The translations under genes and the position numbers were made by a program. A stretch of DNA of 64,000 nt from an uncultured Gaiellaceae bacterium (GTDB lineage: Bacteria > Actinomycetota > Thermoleophilia > Gaiellales > Gaiellaceae): assembly GCA_963808915.1 (NCBI GenBank), contig CAWEHJ010000002.1, positions 174,815 through 238,814 on the forward strand, given 5' to 3'. The notes below the pieces were generated by a model. The model was not told the DNA's origin, searched no databases, and saw nothing but the letters and a program-made list of their open reading frames with translations. Shown here piece after piece: positions 17,517 through 29,289 of this stretch. Position 1 is the stretch's first letter. Each line of letters starts with the position of its first letter.

Positions 17517-19192
17517 CAGGTGAGCGTTTGCGCGATGTCCGTTCGCGAAACACGCGCGTCCTCCCCGCCCCCGCGCGCGCGCAGGTCGACCAGGCCGTCC
17601 TCCAGCGACTTGCGACCCACGGTCACACGCCACGGCAGGCCGAGCAGGTCGGCGTCGGCGAACTTCTCGCCGGGGCGGAGGTAGCGATCGTCGAGCAGGA
17701 CGTCCATCCCAGCCTCGTCCAGCTCGGCCGCCACGGCGGCGGCGAGCGCGACGATCTCCTCGTTGCCGCCCGCGAGCGAGACGACGTGGACGTCGTAGGG
17801 CGCGATCGCCGCCGGCCACACGATGCCGTGCTCGTCGTGGTGCTGCTCGACCGCCGCGGCGAGCACTCGGCCCGGCCCGATGCCGTAGCTGCCGCCCATG
17901 AGCGGACGCTCCTTGCCGTCCTCGTCGAGGAACGTCGCGCCGAGGGGCTGCGAGTAGCGGGCGCCGAACTTGAAGATGTGGCCGACCTCGATCGCCGTCC
18001 GGAAGCTGAGCAGGCCGCCGCAGCTCGGGCAGGTGTCTCCCTCGCGGGGCTCGCGGATGTCGGCGAGGCGCGGCTCGAAGTCGCGCCCGGCCTCGACGCC
18101 GCGGAGGTGGCGGCCGGTGTGGTTGGCTCCAGCGACGAACTGGCCCTCGCGGAGCGCGTCGTCCGCGACGACCTCCCCGGCGAAGCCGATCGGCCCCAGC
18201 GAGCCGGGATCGGCGCCGAAGGTCTCGCGGATCTCCTCGGGCGTCGCGGGCCGGAAGTCGGAGCCGAGCACCCCGAGCAGCTTGCTCTCCGACAGGCGGT
18301 CGTCGCCGCGGACGAGCCCGAGCACCAGCGTGCCGTCGCTCTTGACGACGGGCATCGCCTTCGACGTCGCACTCGCGTCGATCCCGAGGAACGCCGCGAG
18401 CGCCTCGATCGTCTCGACGCCGGGCGTCTCGACCTCCTCGGGCGCATCCAGCGGCGCGGGCAGGTCGGCGGCGCGCGGGATCCCGCGCGCGATCTCGAGG
18501 TCGGCGGCGTAGTCGCCGTTCTCGCACGTGACGAGGATGTTCTCGCCGGAGCCCGAGGGCGCGAGGAAGTCGACCGATTCCTTGCCGCCCATGATCCCCG
18601 ACTCGGCCTGCACCTCGCGGTACTCGATCCCGCAGCGGTCGAAGATCCGCCGATACGCCTCGGCATGCAGCGTGAAGCTCCGGTCGAGCCCCGCCTCGTC
18701 GCGGTCGAACGAGTAGGAGTCCTTCATCACGAACTCGCGCACGCGGAGGAGGCCGCCACGGGGGCGCGGCTCGTCGCGGGCCTTCGTCTGGAAGTGGTAC
18801 CAGAGCTGCGGCAGCTCCTTGTAGCTCTGGATCTCGCGCCCGTGGAAGGTGACGGTCTCCTCGTGCGTGACCGGCAGGATGTAGCGGCGGCCGCTTCGGT
18901 CCTGCACGTGGAAGATCTCGGGGATGCCGGCGCGCTCCGTCGCCTCCCACAGCTCGACCGGGGTGAGCACCGGCATGAAGATCTCCTGCGCGCCGATCGC
19001 GTCCATCTCCTCGCGGATGATCCGCTCGACCTTCCGGTGGACGCGCCAGCCGAGCGGCATGAACGTCCACAGGCCCGTCGACACCTGACGGATGAAGCCG
19101 CCGCGCACGAGCAGCTTGTGGCTGACGGCCTCGGCGTCGGCCGGCGCGTCGCGCAGGGTCGGCAGGAAGAGCTGGGAAGCACGGGCGATCAT
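17516..19192 (-). CDS. proS: Proline--tRNA ligase
   Basis: 558 aa, intact, with class II aaRS motifs (FRDEPRPRGGLLRVREF-type, GGSYGIGPGR). Confidence 0.95.
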   Translation of the reverse strand: MIARASQLFLPTLRDAPADAEAVSHKLLVRGGFIRQVSTGLWTFMPLGWRVHRKVERIIREEMDAIGAQEIFMPVLTPVELWEATERAGIPEIFHVQDRSGRRYILPVTHEETVTFHGREIQSYKELPQLWYHFQTKARDEPRPRGGLLRVREFVMKDSYSFDRDEAGLDRSFTLHAEAYRRIFDRCGIEYREVQAESGIMGGKESVDFLAPSGSGENILVTCENGDYAADLEIARGIPRAADLPAPLDAPEEVETPGVETIEALAAFLGIDASATSKAMPVVKSDGTLVLGLVRGDDRLSESKLLGVLGSDFRPATPEEIRETFGADPGSLGPIGFAGEVVADDALREGQFVAGANHTGRHLRGVEAGRDFEPRLADIREPREGDTCPSCGGLLSFRTAIEVGHIFKFGARYSQPLGATFLDEDGKERPLMGGSYGIGPGRVLAAAVEQHHDEHGIVWPAAIAPYDVHVVSLAGGNEEIVALAAAVAAELDEAGMDVLLDDRYLRPGEKFADADLLGLPWRVTVGRKSLEDGLVDLRARGGGEDARVSRTDIAQTLT

Positions 19193-19207
19193 GGGCGAAG
19201 GCCTAGG

Positions 19208-20341
19208 CTAATCGAGCGGAATCAGGGACGCTTCGGCCATCGCAAGTGCGGCCGGCTTTGCCATCTTGAGCCGCTTCGGGCGCTGCATCCCGCCCTCGAT
19301 CCAGCGGTCGATCTCGTGGAAGAGCTCGTCGATCAGGATGTCCGAGGAGACCTTCTTCAGCACGCGTCCGTGTGCGTAGACGAAGCCGACGTCGCGCCCG
19401 CCCGCGATCCCGAAGTCGGCGTCGCCGGCCTCCCCCGGTCCGTTCACCGCGCAGCCCATCACGGCCACCTCGAACGCCTGCGGGTACTCGCGCAGGCGGT
19501 CCTCGACGACGACGGCGAGGTTCTCCACCCCGACGTTGTCGCGGCCGCAGGAGGGGCACGAGATCATCACCGGCCCCCGCTCGCGCAGGCCGAGCGCCTT
19601 CAGGATCTCCCAGCAGACCTCGACCTCCTTGACCGGGTCGGCGGTGAGGCTGACGCGGAGCGTGTCGCCGATTCCGTCCGCGAGCAGGGCGCCCATCCCG
19701 ACGGCGCTCTTGATCGAGCCCGCGAACGGCGTGCCCGCCTCCGTGACGCCGAGGTGGAGCGGGTACGGCACCTTCTCGGCGAGCATCCGGTAGGCCCGGA
19801 TCATCGTCGGCACGTGCGTCGACTTGACGGAGATCTTGAAGTCGCGGTAGTCGAGCCGCTCGAGCAGCTCCACCTCCTCGACGGCGGCGGCGACGAGCGC
19901 CTCCGCCTGGTCGCGCTGGGCGAGGTCCTGCAGGTGCTTCGGCAGCGAGCCGGAGTTGGCGCCGATCCGCATCGGGATCCCCGCCTTCTTCGCGGCAGTC
20001 ACGACCTGCTCGACCTTGTCGGGGCCGCCGATGTTGCCCGGGTTGATCCGGACGGCGGCCACGCCCGCAGCGATCGCCTTCAGGGCGAGCGAGGCGTTGA
20101 AGTGGATGTCCGCGATCACGGGGATCGGGCTCAGCCGCACGATCCGGGCGAGCGCCTCCGCGTCCTCGGTCTTCGGCACCGCGCAGCGCACGACCTCGCA
20201 GCCCGCGGAGACGAGCGCGGCGATCTGCGCCACGGTCGCCTCGACGTCGTGCGTCGGCGTCAGCGTCATCGACTGGACGACGACGGGGGCGCCGCCGCCG
20301 ATCGCGACGTCGCCGACGCGGATCTGCACCTGCGAGGCCAT
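19208..20341 (-). CDS. ispG: 4-hydroxy-3-methylbut-2-en-1-yl diphosphate synthase
   Basis: 377 aa, GcpE-like (RINPGNIG, SCPSCGR). Confidence 0.95.
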   Translation of the reverse strand: MASQVQIRVGDVAIGGGAPVVVQSMTLTPTHDVEATVAQIAALVSAGCEVVRCAVPKTEDAEALARIVRLSPIPVIADIHFNASLALKAIAAGVAAVRINPGNIGGPDKVEQVVTAAKKAGIPMRIGANSGSLPKHLQDLAQRDQAEALVAAAVEEVELLERLDYRDFKISVKSTHVPTMIRAYRMLAEKVPYPLHLGVTEAGTPFAGSIKSAVGMGALLADGIGDTLRVSLTADPVKEVEVCWEILKALGLRERGPVMISCPSCGRDNVGVENLAVVVEDRLREYPQAFEVAVMGCAVNGPGEAGDADFGIAGGRDVGFVYAHGRVLKKVSSDILIDELFHEIDRWIEGGMQRPKRLKMAKPAALAMAEASLIPLD

Positions 20342-20363
20342 CGCGGAAAGGGTAGCCGCGCCG

Positions 20364-21574
20364 CTAGAGGCGGCCGATGTCGTTCGAGAGGCCGATCACG
20401 AACAGCAGCACGACGAAGACGATCCCGACGGCACTCACCCGCTCGTAGACCTCGCGGCGGACCGAGCGCCCACCGCGGGCGCCCTCGATCAGCGCGAAGA
20501 CGACGTGGCCGCCGTCGAGCGGAAGCAGCGGCAGCAGGTTGAGCAGCGCGAGCGAGAGCGAGATCAGCGCGAGCACCCAGATGAAGTTGTCCGTGCCCTG
20601 ACGCACCGCCTCCGATCCCGCCTGGGTGATCCCGACCGGGCTCGAGAGCTCCTTCCTCCCGGAGCCCGTGACCAGGCGGCCCAGCGAGGCGCCGATCTCC
20701 TTCGTGACGAGGCCGGTGACGCGCACCGACTGCCAGGCAGACTCGGCGACGCCGAGCCTCTCGCCGCGGAGGGCGAAGCCGATCCGGTAGCGGCCTTCCT
20801 GGAGCCTCGCGCGCACCGGGCCGACCGTCACGGTCCGGCCGTCCCGCTCGACGGTGAGGAGCGAGCGGCGCGCCCTTCGAGGCGTTGATCCGCGCCGAGA
20901 TCTTGTCCGCGGTGACCGGGACGGCGGCGATCGCCACGATCCGGTCGCCCGGCTGCAGCCCGGCGGCCTTGGCCGGGCGTGCCCGCGACGACCTGGTCGA
21001 CGGTCGTCGTCGCGCGGCCTCCGCCGGTGAGGAACAGGATCATCAGCAGCACCATGGCGAGCACGACGTTCGCGCCCGGGCCGGCCCCGATCGCCGCGAG
21101 GCGCTTCCAGGTCGCAGCGCGCCAGTACGCGTCGGGGCCGAGTGCGTCGCCCAGCTCCGCGAGGCCGCGGTCGAAGCCGCGCGCAGCGAGCGGCGACAGC
21201 GTCAGGCCGGCTTGACGCTCGTCGACCTCGGCGAGCGCCGCGCGCGCGCCGTCGAGGTCGTCCTCCGTGAGCCCGCGCCTCAGCCGGTCGAGCGGGCCGG
21301 CCAGCTCGGGCGCCTCGGCCGTCGCCGGCCCGAAGTGCTGGTCGACATCGCCGGCCGTCGGCCGGTGCATGCCGGGGATCTTGACGAAGCCGCCGAGCGG
21401 GATCGCGCCGATGCCGTACTCGATCCCGTTGTGGCTGCGCTTGACGAGGGCCGGCGGGAAGCCGACGTAGAACTTCCGGGGTCGCAGACCGACGGCACGG
21501 GCGACCGAGAAGTGGCCGAGCTCGTGCACGAAGATCAGGAACCCGAGTCCCACCAGCGCGATGAAGATGCTCAT
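20364..21574 (-). pseudogene. rseP: RIP metalloprotease (site-2 protease, M50 family) with a PDZ domain; frameshifts at about 20974 and 20858
   Basis: HELGHF near the N-terminus (frame of ORF 20828..22258), a PDZ segment in frame 20266..20937, and the C-terminal LNLLPLLPLDGGH in ORF 20364..20831. The ATG at 21574 overlaps the dxr stop (ATGA). Confidence 0.8.
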
Positions 21575-22632
21575 GCGGCCGTCAGCACTCCTTCGGCGAG
21601 GCGGCGTGCTCTCGCGTCCGACTCGATCAGCTCGTCGAGGTCGCGTGCCGGGCCGCCGTCGACGTCGTCCAGCACGCGCTCCACCGTCTCGGCGATGCCG
21701 AGGAACGGCAGCCGGCCGGCGAGGAACGCGGCCACGGCCACCTCGTTCGCGGCGTTGTAGGCGCAGGGATAGGTGCCGCCGAGCTCGCCGGCGCGGCGCG
21801 CGAGGCCGAGCAGCGGGAACGCCTCGAGGTCGGCTGGCTCGAACTCGAGCGTCACGCCCGCCGTGAGGTCGAGCTGCGGCACCGGCACGGCCGCTCGGCG
21901 CGGATAGGTCAGCGCGAACGAGATCGGCACGCGCATGTCCGGATGGCCGATGTGTGCCAGGGACGCACCGTCGCGGAAACGCACGAGCGCGTGGACGAGC
22001 GAGCTCGGCTGGACGACCACATGGATGTCTTCGTACGGCAGGCCGAAGAGGATGTGCGCCTCGATCAGCTCGAGGCCCTTGTTCGCCAGCGTGGCCGAGT
22101 CGATCGTGATCTTCGGCCCCATGCGCCAGGTCGGATGCGCGAGTGCCTCCTCGACCGTGACGTCCCCAAGCTCCGAGCGGTGTCGCCCGCGGAACGGGCC
22201 GCCGGAGGCGGTGAGGACGATCGAGTCGACCTGCTCCCGCGCGCGCCCCTCGAGGCACTGGAAGACGGCCGAGTGCTCGCTGTCGACCGGGAGGAGCAGC
22301 CCGCCGCCGCGCTGACGGGCCGCCTGCGCCAGCCCGCCGGCCGCAACGAGGCTCTCCTTGTTCGCGAGCGCCAGCGTCACGCCACGCTCGAGCGCCCAGA
22401 GCGTCGCGCCGACCCCGGCGAAGCCGACGACAGCGTTCAGCACAACGTCCGGCTCGGCCCGCTCGAGCAGCTCTGTCAGGTCGCCGCCTACCTGGGTCAG
22501 CGGCGCGAGCCCGTCGATCTCGGTCGATCCCGACGCGGCTGCGACGAGCTCGAGCGACGGGTCCGCCTCGACGATCTCGATCGCCTGCCGGCCGATCGAC
22601 CCCGTAGCCCCGAGCAGCGCGATCCGGCTCAC
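21571..22632 (-). CDS. dxr: 1-deoxy-D-xylulose 5-phosphate reductoisomerase
   Basis: 353 aa with LGATGSIG, LANKESLV, DSEHSA and ASGGPFR. Confidence 0.95.
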   Translation of the reverse strand: MSRIALLGATGSIGRQAIEIVEADPSLELVAAASGSTEIDGLAPLTQVGGDLTELLERAEPDVVLNAVVGFAGVGATLWALERGVTLALANKESLVAAGGLAQAARQRGGGLLLPVDSEHSAVFQCLEGRAREQVDSIVLTASGGPFRGRHRSELGDVTVEEALAHPTWRMGPKITIDSATLANKGLELIEAHILFGLPYEDIHVVVQPSSLVHALVRFRDGASLAHIGHPDMRVPISFALTYPRRAAVPVPQLDLTAGVTLEFEPADLEAFPLLGLARRAGELGGTYPCAYNAANEVAVAAFLAGRLPFLGIAETVERVLDDVDGGPARDLDELIESDARARRLAEGVLTAA

Positions 22633-22639
22633 GTGCGGG

Positions 22640-23443
22640 TCAACCGTAGCCGAAGGCGAGGATCGCGTAGAGCGCCGCGGGCCCTGCGAACAGCAGCGCG
22701 TCGACCCGGTCGAGCATCCCGCCGTGACCCGCGAGGAGGCGGCCGGAGTCCTTCACCTGGAGGTCGCGCTTGACCGCCGACTCGAAGAGGTCGCCGAGCG
22801 GCTCCGCCGCGGCGATCACGAGCCCGAGCACGATCGCCTGCCAGATGCCGAGGAACGAGTCCCGCTCCTCGTAGAGCGAGAAGAACGTGACGGCGACGGC
22901 GGCGATCGTCCCCGCGACGAAGCCCTCGACGGTCTTGCCCGGCGAGATCGCGGGCGCGAGGCGGTGCCTGCCGATCAGGCGGCCGACCACGTAGGCGAAG
23001 GTGCTGTCGGCGAAGACCGCGAGGAGCACGGTGAACAGCACGAGTCGCCCGTGGTCGGGGATGCCGCGCAGCAGGACGAGGTGGCCGAGGCCGAGAGCGA
23101 TCCAGACGACGCCGAGCACGGTCGTGCCGATCGCGACGGTCGCGGACTGGCGCGTCTCGGCGATGCCGTAGAGCGCGAAGGCGAGCGGGAGCGTCGCCAG
23201 AGCGCCGCCGATCATCCACATCGGGCCGCCCGCCTGGGCGCCGACGAGCGCGAGGATCGCCCCCGCGTAGCCGGCCAGCACGAGCGGACGGAGCGAGCGC
23301 CCCATCACGTAGAGCTCGTGCAGGGCGAGCAAGGCGCCGACGAGCGCGAGCCCCGTCACCCACCAGCCGCCGAGCCAGACGAGGTAGAGGACGACCGGCA
23401 GGAGCACGATCGTGACGAGGAGGCGGGAGACGAGGGAGCTCAT
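22640..23443 (-). CDS. cdsA: Phosphatidate cytidylyltransferase
   Basis: 267-aa polytopic protein. The C-terminal KRDLQVKDSGRLLAGHGGMLDRVD is the CdsA signature. Confidence 0.9.
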   Translation of the reverse strand: MSSLVSRLLVTIVLLPVVLYLVWLGGWWVTGLALVGALLALHELYVMGRSLRPLVLAGYAGAILALVGAQAGGPMWMIGGALATLPLAFALYGIAETRQSATVAIGTTVLGVVWIALGLGHLVLLRGIPDHGRLVLFTVLLAVFADSTFAYVVGRLIGRHRLAPAISPGKTVEGFVAGTIAAVAVTFFSLYEERDSFLGIWQAIVLGLVIAAAEPLGDLFESAVKRDLQVKDSGRLLAGHGGMLDRVDALLFAGPAALYAILAFGYG

Positions 23444-24159
23444 CTGCCGCCGAAGCGCCGCCTGCGGCCGGCGTATTCGGCGCAGGCTGCCCGGAGCTGG
23501 TCGGGGCCGAAGTCGGGCCAGAGGTCGTCGACGAAGACGAGCTCCGAGTAGGCGGACTGCCAGAGCAGGAAGTTCGAGAGCCGCTGCTCGCCCGAGGTCC
23601 GGATCACGAGGTCCGGATCGGGCAGGTCGGGCGCGTAGAGGCGCGCCTCGAGCGCCTCGTCGTCGATCGCATCCGCGTCGACGCGGTCGGCGACGAGCCG
23701 GCGCGCGGCCTGGACGAGCTCGGCGCGGCCGCCGTAGTCGAACGCGATCCAGAGGTGCAGCCGGTCGTTGCCGGCGGTCTCGCGCTCGAGCGTCTCCATC
23801 TGCTCGCGCAGCTCGTCCGGCGCGCGGTCCCGTCGGCCGACGAAGCGCGTCCTCACGCCCTGCTCGGCGAGGTCGGGCAGCTCGCGCTCGATCGTCTCGC
23901 CGAAGATCGCCATCAGGTCGGCGACCTCGTCCACCGGTCGCGCCCAGTTCTCGGTCGAGAAGGCGTAGACGGCGAGCGAGCGGACGCCGAGGTCGATCGC
24001 GGCCTCGACGGTCTTCCGCAGCGCGCGCGTGCCGGCGCGGTGGCCGTCGGCGATGGTCAGCCCGCGCCGGTCGGCCCAGCGGCCGTTGCCGTCCATGATG
24101 ATCGCGATCGAGCGCGGGGTGTCGGCGCCGTGGCTGAGGTCTGGAGCGGCTTCCGCCAC
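23440..24159 (-). CDS. uppS: Isoprenyl (undecaprenyl) diphosphate synthase
   Basis: 239 aa with IIMDGNGRWA, FSTENW and RTSGEQRLSNFLLWQ. Confidence 0.95.
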   Translation of the reverse strand: MAEAAPDLSHGADTPRSIAIIMDGNGRWADRRGLTIADGHRAGTRALRKTVEAAIDLGVRSLAVYAFSTENWARPVDEVADLMAIFGETIERELPDLAEQGVRTRFVGRRDRAPDELREQMETLERETAGNDRLHLWIAFDYGGRAELVQAARRLVADRVDADAIDDEALEARLYAPDLPDPDLVIRTSGEQRLSNFLLWQSAYSELVFVDDLWPDFGPDQLRAACAEYAGRRRRFGGR

Positions 24160-24723
24160 TCAGACCTCCATGATCTCGGCTTCCTTGTGCTTCAGGAGGT
24201 CGTCGATCGCCTTCGTGTGGTCGTCGGTCAGCTTCTGCACCTGCTGCTCGGCGCGGCGCTCCTCGTCGTCGCCCACTTCGCCGTTGCGGACGAGCTCCTC
24301 GAGGTGCTTCATCACGTCGCGCCGGACGTTCCGGACCGCGACCTTCCCGTCCTCCCCGTACTTGCGCACGAGCTTGACGAGGTCCTTGCGGCGCTCCTCG
24401 GTCAGCTGCGGGATCGGGAGCCGGACGATCTTGCCGTCGTTCGAGGGCGAGAGGCCGAGGTCGGACTCCTGGATCGCCTTCTCGATCGCCTTGATCTGCG
24501 TCGGGTCGAACGGCTGGACGGTCAGCGAGCGCGGCTCGGGGGCGTTGATCGTCGCCATGTTCTTGAGCGGCGTCGGGGTGCCGTAGTAGTCGATCGTGAT
24601 CCGGTCGAGCAGCGCTGCTGAGGCGCGGCCCGTGCGCACGCTGTTGAACTCGCTGCGGGTGTGCTCGATGGACGTGTCCATCCGCCGCTTGGCGTCGCTC
24701 AGGAAGTCCTCGATCGAGGCCAA
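24160..24723 (-). CDS. frr: Ribosome recycling factor
   Basis: 187 aa with the typical RRF sequence (VRTGRASAALLD, LPIPQLTEERRKDLVK). Confidence 0.95.
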   Translation of the reverse strand: MASIEDFLSDAKRRMDTSIEHTRSEFNSVRTGRASAALLDRITIDYYGTPTPLKNMATINAPEPRSLTVQPFDPTQIKAIEKAIQESDLGLSPSNDGKIVRLPIPQLTEERRKDLVKLVRKYGEDGKVAVRNVRRDVMKHLEELVRNGEVGDDEERRAEQQVQKLTDDHTKAIDDLLKHKEAEIMEV

Positions 24724-24724
24724 C

Positions 24725-26303
<1,579 letters not shown>

Positions 26304-26307
<4 letters not shown>

Positions 26308-27289
26308 GCGGGCTCACCTCCCTCGGCGGACGGCTCGGCCGCCGTCTCGGGCTCCGCTGCAGGCTCGGCCGCCAGCTCGGGCTCGGCTGCCGTGGGCTCC
26401 GGCTCGGCGGCGGGATCGCTCGCCTCCTCGGGCGCCGCGACCTCCGCCTGCGGCTCGGCGGCAACGGGCTCGGCGGCGGGCTCGGGCTGCGGCCTGCTCC
26501 TCGGCGGCTGCGCCGGGCTCCGTCAGCGGCCTCGGCCGCAGCGGCCTCGTCCGTCACCGGGGCCGCCTCAGCGGCGGTGCCGTTGGCGGTCAGCTCCTCG
26601 ATCGAGACCTTCTGCTTGCCGGCGTCGATCGCGTCCGCGATCGCGCGCACGATCAGCGAGCAGGAACGGATCGCGTCGTCGTTGCCGGGAATGACGAGGT
26701 CGGCCTCGTCCGGGTCGCAGTTCGTGTCCACGAGCGCGATCACGGGCATGTTCAGCCGGCGCGCCTCGCGAACGGCGAGCTGCTCCTTGCGGAGGTCGAC
26801 GATGAAGATCGCGTCCGGCTGCTTCTTCAGGTCGGCGACGCCGCCGAGGTTGGACTCGAGCTTCTCGAGCTCCTGGCCCATCGAGATGCGCTCCTTCGCG
26901 GGGAGCAGGTCGAGCTGGCCCTCCTCCTTGAGGCGACGCAGCTCGTGCAGGTGGGCGATCCGGTCGCCGATCGTGCGCCAGTTGGTGAGCAGCCCGCCGA
27001 GCCAGCGGTTGCTGACGAACGGCATGCCGACCCGCTTCGCCTGCTCGACGACGGCGTCCTGCGCCTGCTTCTTCGTGCCGACGAACAGGATCGTGCCGCC
27101 GCGGGCGGCGAGGTTGCGGGCGAAGTCCTGGGCCTCCTGCAGCAGCTCCGACGTCTGCTGGAGGTCGATGATGTAGATCCCGCCGCGCTCCGTGAAGATG
27201 AAGCGCTTCATCTTGGGGTTCCAGCGCCGAGTCTGATGGCCGAAATGCACGCCGGCCTCGAGCAGCTCGCGCATGGAGACGCTTGCCAC
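26304..27289 (-). pseudogene. rpsB: 30S ribosomal protein S2 with a long acidic Ala/Glu/Pro tail; frame change(s) in the tail (about 26470-26520)
   Basis: The N-terminal 240 aa are canonical S2 ([19 protein letters not shown]). The listed 541-aa ORF runs on through tsf. The frame [16 protein letters not shown]...EGGEPA stops at a TGA overlapping the tsf GTG. Confidence 0.9.
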
Positions 27290-27436
27290 GATTGAATCCT
27301 CCTGGATTGGTTGCGGATACAGCCGGCGGGCCGTGGCGGAACCGGGCTCAGAGCCGCGGCACCCCCGCCCTGACGCTGGTCGCCGGGTCGATGGGACGGA
27401 AAGCGGAGGAAGTGTAGCGGCGGGCCGGCGAAGGAC

Positions 27437-27457
27437 TTTGCAACAGTCTGTTGCTAA
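27437..27457. repeat. Low-GC palindromic 21-mer, copy 1 (TTTGCAACAGTCTGTTGCTAA)
   Basis: 23/24 identical to the reverse complement of 45489..45512. It contains the rluD stop codon (27454..27456). Confidence 0.8.
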
Positions 27458-28359
27458 GTGCCTCTCGCCGCCGCGAGCGCCGCTTCGAGGTCCGGCGGGA
27501 GCGGCGCGGAGACGTCGACCTCTTCGCCGGTGATCGGGTGGGCGAACGTCAGCCGGTGCGCGTGCAGGAACTGGCGCTCGAGGCCGAGGTCGCCTGCGAC
27601 GCCGTAGACCGGATCGCCGCTCACCGGCAGGTCGATCGCCGCCAGATGGACGCGGATCTGATGCGTGCGGCCCGTCTCCAACCGCACCTCGAGGTATGCG
27701 TGGTCAGGGAGCTGCTCGAGCAGGTCGAACCACGTCACAGCCTCGCGCGGTGTGGCCGTGTCGAGCGAGTGACGGCCACGGTCCGTGCGGTCGCGTCCGA
27801 TCGGCGCCTCGATGCGTCCGGTGCGGGAGCGAGGCCGGCCTCGGACGAGCGCGAGGTAGCGACGTTCGACCTGCCGCCGCCGGATCGCTTCCTGCAGCTT
27901 CCGATGGGCGGCCTGCGATCTGGCGACGACGAGCAGGCCCGACGTGTCGCGGTCGAGTCGGTGGACGATTCCCGGCCTGTCGGCCTCCTCCCCGCCCGCG
28001 GCCCCGTGCTCGACGAGCCCGTGCACGAGCGTCCCCTCGCGATTCCCGCCCGAGGGATGGACGACGAGGCCCGCGGGCTTGTCGACCACGAGCAGGTGCT
28101 CGTCCTGCCAGGCGATGCGGAGCTCCATCGACTCGCCAACGACAGCCGTGCCGGGCGCGTCGGGCAGCTCGACGACCACGTCCTCCCCGCCGGCCAGCCG
28201 ATGGCTCTTCGCGCGCGTCTCGCCGTCGACCAGCACGGCGCCGTCCTCGAGCAGCCGCTCCGCGGCCGCGCGGGAGCCGATGTCGGGCCGCTCGGCGAGC
28301 GCGCGGTCGAGGCGGAGCCCCGCGGCCGACTCAGGGACGCGAAAGCGAGCTGTTGCCAA
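27454..28359 (-). CDS. rluD: RluA-family 23S rRNA pseudouridine synthase with an S4 domain
   Basis: 301 aa with [14 protein letters not shown] and the conserved RTHQIRVHL motif. Confidence 0.9.
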   Translation of the reverse strand: MATARFRVPESAAGLRLDRALAERPDIGSRAAAERLLEDGAVLVDGETRAKSHRLAGGEDVVVELPDAPGTAVVGESMELRIAWQDEHLLVVDKPAGLVVHPSGGNREGTLVHGLVEHGAAGGEEADRPGIVHRLDRDTSGLLVVARSQAAHRKLQEAIRRRQVERRYLALVRGRPRSRTGRIEAPIGRDRTDRGRHSLDTATPREAVTWFDLLEQLPDHAYLEVRLETGRTHQIRVHLAAIDLPVSGDPVYGVAGDLGLERQFLHAHRLTFAHPITGEEVDVSAPLPPDLEAALAAARGT

Positions 28360-28930
28360 GCTTCGGTCGCCCGTGCGGCCGGTCGGCGAGCGCGAGCGCG
28401 GCGAAGAGGATGGCGACGCCGACGACGATGAACGTGTCGGCGAGGTTGAAGGCCGGCCAGCGGCGCAGGTCGAGGAAGTCCGTCACGTGCCCGAGCCGGA
28501 CGCGGTCGAGGAGGTTGGCGAGGCTGCCGCCGAGCACGAATCCGAGCGCGATCGGCAGCACGGGATGGCGCTGCCCCGACCGCGCGAAGAAGAGCAGCAT
28601 CCAGCCGACGGCGATCGCCGTCAGCACGATCACCCACGTGGTCGAGCGCGCGAAGAGGCCGAACGCGATTCCCGAGTTCTGGACGTGGTGGAGCGAGAAG
28701 GGCCCGGCGACGTGCACCTCCTCGCCGAGCGAGAGCGCGCTGGAGACGACCTCCTTCGTCAGCTGGTCGGCGGCGACGGCCGCAGCCGCGATCGCGCCCA
28801 GAGCCGCCCACTGACGAGGTCCTGCGGCGAGCGAGCGCTCGGCTGACGAGATCGGCTGCAGCGCGTTCGTCGAGGAGCCGACGCGGACGTCGAGCGGACG
28901 CGGCGGCGGCGTGCGGGCGGGCTCGCTCAA
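28331..28930 (-). CDS. lspA: Lipoprotein signal peptidase (signal peptidase II)
   Basis: HHVQNSGIAFG and FLDLRRWPAFNLAD motifs. The TTG at 28930 overlaps the upstream stop (TTGA), so the longer ORF start at 29026 is less likely. Confidence 0.85.
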   Translation of the reverse strand: MSEPARTPPPRPLDVRVGSSTNALQPISSAERSLAAGPRQWAALGAIAAAAVAADQLTKEVVSSALSLGEEVHVAGPFSLHHVQNSGIAFGLFARSTTWVIVLTAIAVGWMLLFFARSGQRHPVLPIALGFVLGGSLANLLDRVRLGHVTDFLDLRRWPAFNLADTFIVVGVAILFAALALADRPHGRPKLGNSSLSRP

Positions 28931-29289
28931 CCCTGTTCCTGCTTGCGGGCGTCGTCGATGCAGAGCGTGGCCCAGGGCACCGCCTCGAGCCGTTCCTCGC
29001 CGATCGGCTTGCCGCACACCGTGCATGTGCCGTAGGTGCCCGCTTCGATCCGGCCGAGCGCGGCGTCGATCTGGGCCAGCAGCCGCTCTGCGTCCTCCTC
29101 GAGCCCTTCACTGAGCTCGCGGTCGTAGGTGTCCGACGCGGTGTCGGCGAGGTGGTTGTCGACGCTTGCGACGACCTCCCCGCTCTCGTCCTCGAGCGAC
29201 TCCGGGTGGTCGCGGTTCTCGATCACGCTCGCGATGCGCGAGCGGTACGACTCGAGGTCGGAGCGGAAGCGGGTGGTGTCGAGCGCCAT
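28927..29289 (-). CDS. TraR/DksA-family C4 zinc-finger protein
   Basis: 120 aa with an acidic coiled coil followed by GTCTVCGKPIGEERLEAVPWATLC. Confidence 0.8.
   Translation of the reverse strand: MALDTTRFRSDLESYRSRIASVIENRDHPESLEDESGEVVASVDNHLADTASDTYDRELSEGLEEDAERLLAQIDAALGRIEAGTYGTCTVCGKPIGEERLEAVPWATLCIDDARKQEQG

Noticed and set aside
17528-20542. A 1004-aa plus-strand ORF, along with similar giants at 43135..46377 (1080 aa), 55331..58018 (895 aa), 948..2810 (620 aa) and 11768..13723 (651 aa).
   Set aside because: They lie antisense to, or out of frame with, well-recognised genes (proS/ispG, dnaE2, ppdK and others). Their products are Arg/Ala/Pro/Gly-rich low-complexity sequence typical of shadow ORFs in high-GC DNA, and none shows a family signature.
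26310-26530. Short tandem GCCGAGCC-type repeats, checked as a possible repeat array or CRISPR-like structure.
   Set aside because: These are irregular codon-level repeats encoding the Ala/Glu/Pro tail of S2, with no spacer/repeat periodicity. No CRISPR array exists anywhere in the window.
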